Part shown: piece after piece, positions 31,071 to 39,949 of the stretch | Layout: every line of letters begins with the position of its first letter | How positions within the stretch are numbered: the stretch's first letter is position 1 | The notes under the pieces: generated by a model | Databases searched by the model: none | What the model was told of the DNA's origin: nothing | Seen by the model: the letters and a program-made list of their open reading frames with translations, nothing else | Position numbers and translations under genes: made by a program | NCBI GenBank assembly: GCA_964441745.1 | Contig: CAYTYR010000005.1 | Coordinates: 1-64,000 of the forward strand | DNA: 64,000 bases | From: an uncultured Clostridia bacterium | GTDB taxonomy: Bacteria; CAYTYR01; UBA6262 | Direction of reading: 5' to 3'

Positions 31071-31172
31071 GAAAGCAATGCAAACGGATTAGAGCCGAAT
31101 GCAGATAGAGATCATATCTGTTTGAATCCCTGCCGCAGGCAGGTGAGGTAATCTGTATTCATCGTTGTAAAT

Positions 31173-31886
31173 ATGAATAAATATTTAAATATAATCCTAA
31201 ATTCAATATTTCCCCTAAAGTGTGAAGTGTGCCAGCGGCAGTTGCCGCTGACTGCCGGATCAAGAATATGTCCCGGTTGCCGCGGAAAAGTACTGGCCAT
31301 AGGTGATTACTACTGCCGCAAATGCGGAAAATCACTGCAGATCGATACTTCTTTTTGTCTTGATTGCCATAGCCAGAACACTTTATATTATGACAGTATC
31401 AGGGCTGCTGGGATTTATGATGGGGTACTAAGGGAAGCTATCCAGGCTTTTAAATATAACCAGAGGAGCTGCCTTGGTACAGAGCTGGGCGAATTAATGC
31501 TCAATTCCTACCAAACACATTTTCCTAAAGTCAATTTTGCTGCTTTGGTGCCAGTCCCATTGCACAAAAAACAAGCTGTTAAGAGGCAGTATAACCAATC
31601 CGAAGTTCTGGCTAGGAGTTTGAACAAAGCTACGGGGATTCCGGTTGCTCCTAAGACTTTAGCCAGGATCAGGCAAACTAAGCCGCAATATACCTTAAAC
31701 AAGCAGGAAAGGGCAGAAAATATTAAGAATGCCTTTCAGGTAAAAGACAGCGCTCCCTTACCAGGAGCTAACATCCTGGTCATTGATGATATTTGTACCA
31801 CGGGCAGTACTATTAATGAATGTGCCCGTGTACTCAAGCAGGCTGGGGCAGCAGAAGTTCATGGTTTGGTCCTGGCTCATGGCTAG
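31173..31886 (+). CDS. comF: ComF family protein (double zinc ribbon + PRTase)
   Basis: FPLKCEVC, CPGC, CRKC, CLDC, PVPLH, YNQS, VIDDICTTGST. Confidence 0.88.
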   Translation: MNKYLNIILNSIFPLKCEVCQRQLPLTAGSRICPGCRGKVLAIGDYYCRKCGKSLQIDTSFCLDCHSQNTLYYDSIRAAGIYDGVLREAIQAFKYNQRSCLGTELGELMLNSYQTHFPKVNFAALVPVPLHKKQAVKRQYNQSEVLARSLNKATGIPVAPKTLARIRQTKPQYTLNKQERAENIKNAFQVKDSAPLPGANILVIDDICTTGSTINECARVLKQAGAAEVHGLVLAHG

Positions 31887-32012
31887 GAAAGCAAATACTA
31901 AATCCTAATTTCGAAATCCTAAACAAATTTTATGTACAAAATTCAAATTTCAAAAAATTTAGGGTTTAGATATTAGCGCTAGAATTTGTTAAAAAGAATT
32001 GTTAAAAAGTCT

Positions 32013-32041
32013 TTGACTTTTTAACACTTCTGTGGCATACT
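32013..32041 (+). promoter_or_regulatory. Putative gap promoter overlapped by a perfect 12-bp inverted repeat
   Basis: TTGACT-17 nt-CATACT; IR TGTTAAAAAGTC-TTT-GACTTTTTAACA at 32000-32026. Confidence 0.5.
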
Positions 32042-32062
32042 AATAATCTTAATAAATACTAA

Positions 32063-33109
<1,047 letters not shown>

Positions 33110-33115
33110 CTTTTT

Positions 33116-33170
33116 GATTACACACCTGCCTGCCGGCAGGCAGGGATTACGAAAAAAGATTACACAGATT
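33116..33170. repeat. GATTACACAGATT repeat pair interrupted by the palindrome CCTGCCTGCCGGCAGGCAGG (33125-33144)
   Basis: GATTACACA|insert|GATT; an identical palindrome lies at 35-54. Confidence 0.9.
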
Positions 33171-33221
33171 GGGGCATTAGCCTCAGTCTGTGTGGTCGCT
33201 TTTAAGTGGAGGGGAAAGAAA

Positions 33222-34412
33222 ATGGCGAAAATGAACATTACCGATGCAGATCTCAGCAATAAAAAGGTACTCATGAGGGTTGATTTTAATGTCCCGCTGG
33301 ATAAACAGCAGAACATTACCGATGATACCAGAATTAAAGAGACTTTACCCTCAATTAAATATCTCCTGGATAAAAAATGTTCCCTGGTTTTGTGTGCCCA
33401 TTTAGGCCGGCCAAAAGGCAAACCAGTCCCGGAAATGAGCTTGAAGCCCTGTGCCGAGCGCCTGGCTAAGCTGACCGGGGTAAAAGTACAGATGGCTCCT
33501 GATTGCATCGGTGCGGAAACCAAAAAAATGGCTGAGGCCCTTAAACCAGGAGGAATCCTATTACTGGAAAACCTGCGCTTCCATCCTGAAGAAGAAAAGA
33601 ATGACCCGAATTTTGCCAAGGAATTATCCTCCCTGGCTGAGGTATTTGTACAAGATGCCTTTGGCACAGTGCATCGTGCCCATGCTTCCACTGAAGGTGT
33701 GACCAAATATTTACCTGCTTATGCCGGGTTCTTATTAAAGAAAGAGATTGATTATCTGGGCAAAGCAGTAGAAAATCCGGATAAACCTTTTGTCGCCATC
33801 CTTGGCGGGGCCAAGATCAGCGGCAAAATTGATGTTATATCCAATTTATTAAATAAAGTAGATACCCTGATCGTTGGCGGCGCCATGACCTACACTTTCC
33901 TGAAAGCCCAGGGCTTAAGTATCGGTAATTCCCTGGTAGAAAATGACCGTCTGGATATGGCCAAGGAAGTACTCGCTAAAGCCAAAGACAAGAAAGTAAC
34001 TTTTTTATTGCCACTTGATCATTTAATAGCAGATAAAGTAGAAGCCGGAGCCAAATCGGAAATAGTAGGTGAAAATATCCCGGCAGGTATGATCGGCGTG
34101 GATATCGGACCCAAAACCATAGCTCTTTTTAAAGAGGCAATTAAGAGAGCCAAGACAATTGTCTGGAACGGGCCAATGGGTGTATTTGAAATTGATGATT
34201 TTGCCAAAGGAACAATTGCTATTGCCAATGCCTTAGCTGAAGCAACAAAAAACGGCGCCATCACTATAATCGGTGGCGGTGATTCAGTAGCGGCAGTAGC
34301 CAAAGCAGGCGTTACCAGCAAGATCTCACATATATCAACTGGCGGTGGAGCCAGCCTGGAATTCCTGGAAGGTAAAGTATTGCCGGGAATAGCAGCTTTG
34401 AAAGATAAGTAA
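33222..34412 (+). CDS. pgk: Phosphoglycerate kinase
   Basis: [44 protein letters not shown]; real start MAKMNI after GGAGG. Confidence 0.97.
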   Translation: MAKMNITDADLSNKKVLMRVDFNVPLDKQQNITDDTRIKETLPSIKYLLDKKCSLVLCAHLGRPKGKPVPEMSLKPCAERLAKLTGVKVQMAPDCIGAETKKMAEALKPGGILLLENLRFHPEEEKNDPNFAKELSSLAEVFVQDAFGTVHRAHASTEGVTKYLPAYAGFLLKKEIDYLGKAVENPDKPFVAILGGAKISGKIDVISNLLNKVDTLIVGGAMTYTFLKAQGLSIGNSLVENDRLDMAKEVLAKAKDKKVTFLLPLDHLIADKVEAGAKSEIVGENIPAGMIGVDIGPKTIALFKEAIKRAKTIVWNGPMGVFEIDDFAKGTIAIANALAEATKNGAITIIGGGDSVAAVAKAGVTSKISHISTGGGASLEFLEGKVLPGIAALKDK

Positions 34413-34416
34413 AAAC

Positions 34417-34496
34417 GATTACCCGCCAAAGAGCTCCGGCGGGCGCGGCACAGATTTAAAGAGATCCGCCAGAGGCGGACAGGGATTACACAGATT
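34417..34496. repeat. GATTACACAGATT repeats carrying two hairpin inserts
   Basis: 34422-34448 insert matches 42332-42358; 34465-34483 is the exact reverse complement of 16814-16832. Confidence 0.85.
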
Positions 34497-34513
34497 AAAG
34501 ATAGGAGTAAAAA

Positions 34514-34864
34514 ATGTTTGCATTCTTAGTATCAATACATATCTTAGTGTGCATCTGGCTGATCGTCATTGTGCTTTTACAGGCAGGAAAAGGCGGGGGG
34601 TTATCTGGTTTGTTTGGCGGTGGCAGCTCTCCCGAAACTCTTTTTGGCGGCGGCGGAGATACGACCATGAAGAAGATTACCACAGTATCTGCTTTTCTCT
34701 TCCTGATCACTTCAACGTTGCTCTATATCTATATTACTAAGCAGGATTCTACCAGTGTAGTAACACCAATAGCAGCTACTTCTGCCCCGGCAGTCCCAGC
34801 GGCAACTCCAGCAGCGCCAGCAGCAAGTACGCCGGCCCCAGCAACTGCTCCAGCTAGTAAATAG
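34514..34864 (+). CDS. secG: Preprotein translocase subunit SecG (Ala/Pro-rich tail)
   Basis: VLLQAGKGGGLSGLFGGG, two TM helices; followed by tRNA-Leu(GAG). Confidence 0.9.
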   Translation: MFAFLVSIHILVCIWLIVIVLLQAGKGGGLSGLFGGGSSPETLFGGGGDTTMKKITTVSAFLFLITSTLLYIYITKQDSTSVVTPIAATSAPAVPAATPAAPAASTPAPATAPASK

Positions 34865-34911
34865 AAATAAATATAATTGTCTTTGAAATAATTGATAGAA
34901 AAAACTGATTT

Positions 34912-34993
34912 GCGAGGATGGCGGAATTGGCAGACGCGTACGCTTGAGGTGCGTATGGGTAACACCGTGAGGGTTCAATTCCCTCTCCTCGCA
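34912..34993 (+). tRNA. tRNA-Leu (GAG)
   Basis: Acceptor GCGAGGA/TCCTCGC, anticodon arm TACGC-TTGAGGT-GCGTA, long variable arm, GGTTCAATTCC. Confidence 0.95.
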
Positions 34994-35115
34994 AGATTTA
35001 CCCCAAACCCCGCTCACAGGGGCTCCCCCGCCAACGATCTTTGGCGGGCTCACTCGGCTGATTTCCTGGCCGGAAATCAAAACGCCGGCTCGCTGTTACC
35101 CCTTGGGGTGAATCT
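34994..35115. mobile_element. MITE-like element with terminal inverted repeats, abutting the tRNA-Leu 3' end
   Basis: AGATTTACCCCAA ... TTGGGGTGAATCT (12/13 match), internal hairpins, no ORF. Confidence 0.5.
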
Positions 35116-35172
35116 GGAGAACAATAATTTTATTTTTTCTAGTCTATTTCGTCTTTTTAAGAAATAAAATGC

Positions 35173-35201
35173 TTGAAAAAGCAGTCCATTTATTGTATAA
35201 T
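35173..35201 (+). promoter_or_regulatory. Putative sigma70 promoter for tRNA-Gly
   Basis: TTGAAA-17 nt-TATAAT. Confidence 0.65.
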
Positions 35202-35227
35202 AATTAAATACGAGATAGCGCATTAAT

Positions 35228-35300
<73 letters not shown>

Positions 35301-35567
35301 TTTTTTTCTTAAAAAACGATTACACAGATTTTAAGAGAAGATTACACAGATTAGAACCCTTCATATAAAGGCAAGCAAAAAAGTGTTTTTTGCAATCATT
35401 TGCCTTGTTTGCTTGTAAAAACGTGTATAAGCATAGAGAAGCAAGGGGGTGACAGCGAGGTCGCAAAGAGAATGTGGTTGCGATCAACACGTTACCGACC
35501 GAGCGTCAAGAGGGGGAAAGGTTATTTCCCCCTATGAGGGAGTCCCGATCTTATCGGGACGACAATA

Positions 35568-35685
35568 GTGCGGTACCCAAGTGGCTAAGGGACCTGCCCG
35601 CCAGAGTCTGGTGGCGGGGCAGTCTGCAACCCGCCAACGTACTTTGGCGGGCAAATCCCTGCCTGACGGCAGGCAGGCGCCCCGC
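35568..35685 (+). pseudogene. Disrupted tRNA-Cys copy with three hairpin inserts
   Basis: Colinear with 35951-36023 except for hairpins at 35593-35618, 35630-35651 and 35658-35677; acceptor ends are truncated. Confidence 0.85.
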
Positions 35686-35702
35686 TTAATGAATGAAAAT
35701 AC

Positions 35703-35945
35703 ATGATATATTTTGTATATATATTAAAAAGCTTAAAAGATGGTAAAAGATATATTGGAATAACTTCAAACTTATTTATAAGAGTGATTGAACACAATAA
35801 GGGTGGAGTTGAGTCGACAAAGAATAGACATCCGCTTGAACTAATATACACAGAAAAGTTTGCAAGTAAAAAAGAAGCGCAAAGAAGAGAAAGATTTTTC
35901 AAGACTGGTGCGGGGCGGACATTCTTAAGTAGAATATCGAAATAG
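35703..35945 (+). CDS. Small stand-alone GIY-YIG nuclease
   Basis: FVYIL...YIGIT...R...HN...E..A..RE..FK.G.GR; 80 aa; AT-rich. Confidence 0.88.
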   Translation: MIYFVYILKSLKDGKRYIGITSNLFIRVIEHNKGGVESTKNRHPLELIYTEKFASKKEAQRRERFFKTGAGRTFLSRISK

Positions 35946-35950
35946 GTGAC

Positions 35951-36023
35951 GGTGCGGTACCCAAGTGGCTAAGGGAGCAGTCTGCAAAACTGTTATTCGG
36001 CGGTTCAAATCCGCCCCGCACCT
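35951..36023 (+). tRNA. tRNA-Cys (GCA)
   Basis: GGTGCGG/CCGCACC acceptor, GCAGT-CTGCAAA-ACTGT anticodon arm, GGTTCAAATCC, U discriminator. Confidence 0.94.
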
Positions 36024-36047
36024 TTTAAATAGGATACAAAAGGTGAG

Positions 36048-36138
36048 AGTGGTTAAGGGACCTGCCCGCTAGAGTCTGGTGGCGGGGCAGTCTGCAACCC
36101 GCCAACGTACTTTGGCGGGCAAAATCCGCCCCGCACCT
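36048..36138 (+). pseudogene. Second disrupted tRNA-Cys copy (5'-truncated, two hairpin inserts)
   Basis: AGTGGTTAAGGGA-[CCTGCCCGCTAGAGTCTGGTGGCGGG]-GCAGTCTGCAA-[CCCGCCAACGTACTTTGGCGGG]-CAAAATCCGCCCCGCACCT. Confidence 0.85.
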
Positions 36139-36175
36139 CCAAAAATCGGTTTAAAATCAATATATATACGACATC

Positions 36176-36379
36176 GGGCAGTTAGCTCAGTTTCAGCCAA
36201 AGGCTGATCCGCCTCTGACGGAGGTTAGAGTACTTCCTTGACCTGGGAGGGGCATCCCGATAGAAGAAAAATGGGCTTGTAGCTCAGCTGGTTAGAGTAC
36301 TTCCTTGACATGGAAGGGGTCTGCGGTTCGAATCCGCACAAGCCCACCATTTTCCTTTTCATCGGGATACTGCCCACCA
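36176..36379 (+). pseudogene. Disrupted outer tRNA-Val (GAC) enclosing an intact tRNA-Val
   Basis: 5' GGGCAGT pairs with ACTGCCC-ACCA at 36369-36379; 30-nt double hairpin in the D-loop; T-arm replaced by an IR-flanked cassette. Confidence 0.75.
36273..36349 (+). tRNA. tRNA-Val (GAC)
   Basis: GGGCTTG/CAAGCCC acceptor, CTTCC-TTGACAT-GGAAG anticodon arm, GGTTCGAATCC, encoded CCA. Confidence 0.95.
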
Positions 36380-36406
36380 TAAAAATGGTGGAGAAAAGAA
36401 ATATAT

Positions 36407-38137
36407 ATGGAAAAAAATGAAGAGAACCTGCAAGCATTAAGACATTCCGCATCACATGTAATGGCCCAGGCAGTTAAAGAACTGTACCCTGAGGTAAAAC
36501 TGGCCATTGGCCCAGCTATTGCTGATGGTTTCTACTATGATTTTGACAAGAAAGAACCCTTCACTCCGGAAGACCTCGAAAAAATCTCCCAAAAAATGAA
36601 AGAAATCGTCAAACAAAATCTCAAATTCGAGCATTATGAAAAATCCCGCGCCGAAGCTATCAAATATTTCCAGGATAAAGGCGAAAAATACAAAGTAGAA
36701 CTCATCAACGACCTGCCTGACGAGAATATGTCATTTTATAAACAGGGTGATTTTGTTGACCTGTGCAAAGGCCCGCATACCAACTATACCGGTGGCTTAA
36801 AACATTTCAAGTTGTTGAGCGTAGCAGCGGCCTATTGGCGCGGAAATGAAAAAAGAGAGAGCTTACAGCGCATATATGGTACCGTATTCTTTACCAAAGA
36901 AGAATTAGACGCCTACCTGAACCTGTTAGAGGAAGCCAAAGCGCGTGACCATCGTAAATTAGGCAAAGAGCTGGACCTGTTCAGTTTTCATGAAGAAGCT
37001 GGCCCGGGATTGGTTTTCTGGCATCCTAAAGGATCTTTGGTCCGCAAGGTCATAGAAGATTTCTGGAAAGATGAGCACCTGAAGAATGGTTACAATCTGC
37101 TCAATACGCCGCATATTGCTAACCTGAATATCTGGAAAACCAGCGGACATTGGAATTTCTACCGGGAGAGCATGTATTCCCCGATGGATATAGACGGCCA
37201 GGACTATATGATCAAGCCGATGAATTGCCCATTTCATATCCTGATCTATAAGACCCAATTGCGCAGTTACCGGGAGCTTCCTATCCGTTACGCGGAATTA
37301 GGGACAGTTTACCGCTATGAGCGCAGTGGCGCTTTGCACGGTTTGATGAGAGTGCGCGGGTTTACCCAGGATGATGCGCATATCTATTGCCGGTTGGACC
37401 AGTTGGAAAACGAGATCATTGATGTCATAAAATTTGTCCTGTTCATCTTGCAGACTTTCGGGTTTAAGGAATATGAAGTGTATGTCAGCACGAGACCGGA
37501 AAAGTATGCCGGTGAATTGGCGCATTGGGAAAAAGCCACTTCGGCGTTGGAAAATGCCCTTAAAGCTGTTGGTTTAACTTACCAGATAGATCCGGGTGAA
37601 GGAGTTTTTTACGGGCCGAAGATCGATATTAAGATCAAAGATTGCCTGAATCGTGCCTGGCAATGTTCCACTATCCAGGTGGATTTCAACTTACCTACCG
37701 CGTTTAAAGTAGAGTATATTAATGAAGAAAGCAAACCTGTGCAGCCAGTAATGATTCACCGCGCGCTGATGGGCTCCCTGGAACGTTTCTTTGGCGTATT
37801 GATCGAGCACTATAAAGGGGCTTTCCCGGTATGGCTCTGCCCGGTACAGGCCAAGGTACTCAATATTACTGACAGCCAGGAAGAATATGCTAAAAAAGTA
37901 TTTGCCCAGCTCAAGGAAAATGGTATCCGCGCTGAGCTGGATATTCGCAATGAAAAATTGGGTATGAAGATCAGGGAAGCGCAATTGGCTAAGATCCCTT
38001 ATATGCTGGTAGTAGGAGATAAAGAAAAAGAAAATGGTACGGTCACCCTGCGCCGGCGCAATAGCCAGGAACAAAAAGTCAGGCCTTTAGCTGATTTTAT
38101 CAGTTTGGCTCTAGAAGAGATCAAAAATAGGATATAA
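36407..38137 (+). CDS. thrS: Threonine--tRNA ligase (short form without N-terminal TGS domain)
   Basis: RHSASH, DLCKGPH, RDHRKLG, KPMNCP, RVRGFTQDD, FYGPK, MIHRA. Confidence 0.97.
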   Translation: MEKNEENLQALRHSASHVMAQAVKELYPEVKLAIGPAIADGFYYDFDKKEPFTPEDLEKISQKMKEIVKQNLKFEHYEKSRAEAIKYFQDKGEKYKVELINDLPDENMSFYKQGDFVDLCKGPHTNYTGGLKHFKLLSVAAAYWRGNEKRESLQRIYGTVFFTKEELDAYLNLLEEAKARDHRKLGKELDLFSFHEEAGPGLVFWHPKGSLVRKVIEDFWKDEHLKNGYNLLNTPHIANLNIWKTSGHWNFYRESMYSPMDIDGQDYMIKPMNCPFHILIYKTQLRSYRELPIRYAELGTVYRYERSGALHGLMRVRGFTQDDAHIYCRLDQLENEIIDVIKFVLFILQTFGFKEYEVYVSTRPEKYAGELAHWEKATSALENALKAVGLTYQIDPGEGVFYGPKIDIKIKDCLNRAWQCSTIQVDFNLPTAFKVEYINEESKPVQPVMIHRALMGSLERFFGVLIEHYKGAFPVWLCPVQAKVLNITDSQEEYAKKVFAQLKENGIRAELDIRNEKLGMKIREAQLAKIPYMLVVGDKEKENGTVTLRRRNSQEQKVRPLADFISLALEEIKNRI

Positions 38138-38205
38138 ATAAGGCACAAAGTTTTAATACAAAAACAGGCACAAAGGCACAAAGTAAAATAAATGGGAGGT
38201 CGGGA

Positions 38206-38871
38206 GTGAAAAAATATTTATTGGTACCAGTTTTTCTATTAATATTTCCGGCTTCTCTCCTGGCGCAAAACCTGACTGAATTGGTAGATACTCCTACGGC
38301 GGATATATATGAATCCGGCACATACAACTTGAATTTGCGGCTATATGGGGCAGGAAGCGTGCTGACCAGGCTGCTTTTCAGTGTGAAATTCTTTGAGCTG
38401 GGAGCTTATTTGGATGTAGATAACGCCACCGGTTCCTTGGACCCCAAAGCTCATGATGTTCAGCCGCTGTTGAAAATACGTCTATATCCCGGTGGACAGA
38501 TCCTACCGGCCTTGGCTATTGGTTATGACGGACAGGGTGAAAATTATTATTTCAAAGAACCAAAGGGATTCTATGTGGTTCTGTCTAAAGAACTGCTAAT
38601 CCCCGGCTTAATGCTGCACCTCGGCGGCAATAGCAAGGATTATACGTATGGCTTTGCCGGTGTCAGCTATACATTTGAAGAACAAGGCAGTGTTTTTGTC
38701 GAATACGAACGTATCCGGAATATGAGCGACCTGACCAATAACAAGTGCAATGCCGGATTGAAATTCCAGATCACCAAGGAACTAGGCATGGAATTTGATT
38801 TCAAGAATATTGGTAATCGCGGTACTGAGTATGAACGGATATTGCGTTTTGATTATTCCGGCGAGTTTTAG
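38206..38871 (+). CDS. Exported outer-membrane protein, YjbH-like
   Basis: Signal peptide, LVDTPTA motif, PALAIGYD, amphipathic strands, terminal Phe. Confidence 0.5.
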   Translation: MKKYLLVPVFLLIFPASLLAQNLTELVDTPTADIYESGTYNLNLRLYGAGSVLTRLLFSVKFFELGAYLDVDNATGSLDPKAHDVQPLLKIRLYPGGQILPALAIGYDGQGENYYFKEPKGFYVVLSKELLIPGLMLHLGGNSKDYTYGFAGVSYTFEEQGSVFVEYERIRNMSDLTNNKCNAGLKFQITKELGMEFDFKNIGNRGTEYERILRFDYSGEF

Positions 38872-38935
38872 GAAAAACGATTACGCGGATTAGAAAACCA
38901 GATTACACAGATTTCTTAAAGGTTTAGGAGTATGT

Positions 38936-39898
38936 ATGGCCTTAGAGAGTGTCTTGGATTTTGAACGGCCTATCTCGGAGCTTGAACAGCAAATAGAAGA
39001 AGTAAAAAGCCTGGTAGCTGCTGGTGATATGAGCTTGTCTGTAAAACTGGGCAAGATGGAAGCCAAACTGGATGTTTTAAAGAGAAAAGTGTACGGGAAC
39101 CTTACCCCTTGGCAGAAAGTACAATTAGCCAGGCACCCGCAGCGTCCATATACACAGGATTATATAAAATTATTAGTGACTGATTTTCAGGAATTGCACG
39201 GTGATCGTAAATTTGCCGATGATTTGGCGCTCTTGAGTGGCTTGGCCTCTTTTGAAGGGATGCCGGTATTGGTGATGGGCCAGCAAAAAGGCAGAAATGT
39301 TAAAGAAAATATGGAGCATAATTTTGGCATGATGCAGCCTGAAGGATATCGTAAAGCGTTACGTCTAATGCAGCTGGCCGAAAAATTTAATATTCCCGTT
39401 ATCACTTTTGTCGATACACCTGGCGCCTATCCAGGCATAGGAGCCGAGGAACGGGGCCAGGCAGAAGCTATCGCGCATAATTTATACAGTATGAGTGACT
39501 TGAAGACGCCGATCATAGTAATTGTCATCGGAGAGGGCGGCAGTGGCGGGGCCCTGGGTATTGGTGTTGGCGATAAAGTATATATGCTGGAGAACAGCAT
39601 TTACTCCGTGATCTCGCCTGAAGGCTGCGCTTCCATACTCTGGCGGGATGCCAGCAAAGCGGCGCTGGCAGCCGAAACCATGAAAATAACAGCGAAAGAT
39701 TGTTTAAACCTAGGGGTTATCGATGAGATTATACCGGAACCGTTGGGTGGCGCTCATCACAGCTATGAAGAAGCAGCAGAGAATATCCGTAAGGTCCTGC
39801 GCCGCGATCTTAAAGAACTGGTGAAAATAGTCCCAGATGAATTAATCAAAATACGGTACGAAAAAATACGCAAATGGGGCGCATATAAAGAAAGCTAA
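38936..39898 (+). CDS. accA: Acetyl-CoA carboxylase carboxyltransferase alpha
   Basis: LDFERPI, ARHPQRP, PEGYRKA, DTPGAYPG, GEGGSGGA, SVISPEG. Confidence 0.97.
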   Translation: MALESVLDFERPISELEQQIEEVKSLVAAGDMSLSVKLGKMEAKLDVLKRKVYGNLTPWQKVQLARHPQRPYTQDYIKLLVTDFQELHGDRKFADDLALLSGLASFEGMPVLVMGQQKGRNVKENMEHNFGMMQPEGYRKALRLMQLAEKFNIPVITFVDTPGAYPGIGAEERGQAEAIAHNLYSMSDLKTPIIVIVIGEGGSGGALGIGVGDKVYMLENSIYSVISPEGCASILWRDASKAALAAETMKITAKDCLNLGVIDEIIPEPLGGAHHSYEEAAENIRKVLRRDLKELVKIVPDELIKIRYEKIRKWGAYKES

Positions 39899-39949
39899 AT
39901 ACCGTTCGCGGTTAGCGGATGGCGGTTGGCAGATAAAGGAAAAGAACAA

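Noticed and set aside
33114-33221. 36-aa N-terminal extension of Pgk in the ORF track
   Set aside because: It is translated repeat DNA (LPAGRQG is the palindrome); a strong GGAGG precedes the ATG at 33222.
34770-34860. Ala/Pro repeat at the SecG C-terminus
   Set aside because: Low-complexity tails are common on SecG; codon-level repeat unrelated to the repeat families.
35568-35685. Intron-containing functional tRNA-Cys
   Set aside because: Acceptor ends are truncated and one hairpin replaces rather than interrupts tRNA sequence, so excision would not restore a tRNA; an intact copy is adjacent.
35474-35689. 71-aa ORF before the GIY-YIG gene, and ORFs 34892-35167 and 53234-53443
   Set aside because: They overlap tRNA, tRNA-derived or inverted-repeat DNA and have no protein-like features.
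36140-36406. T-box leader for thrS
   Set aside because: The region is occupied by tRNA-Val sequences; no GGTGGNACCGCG T-box motif.
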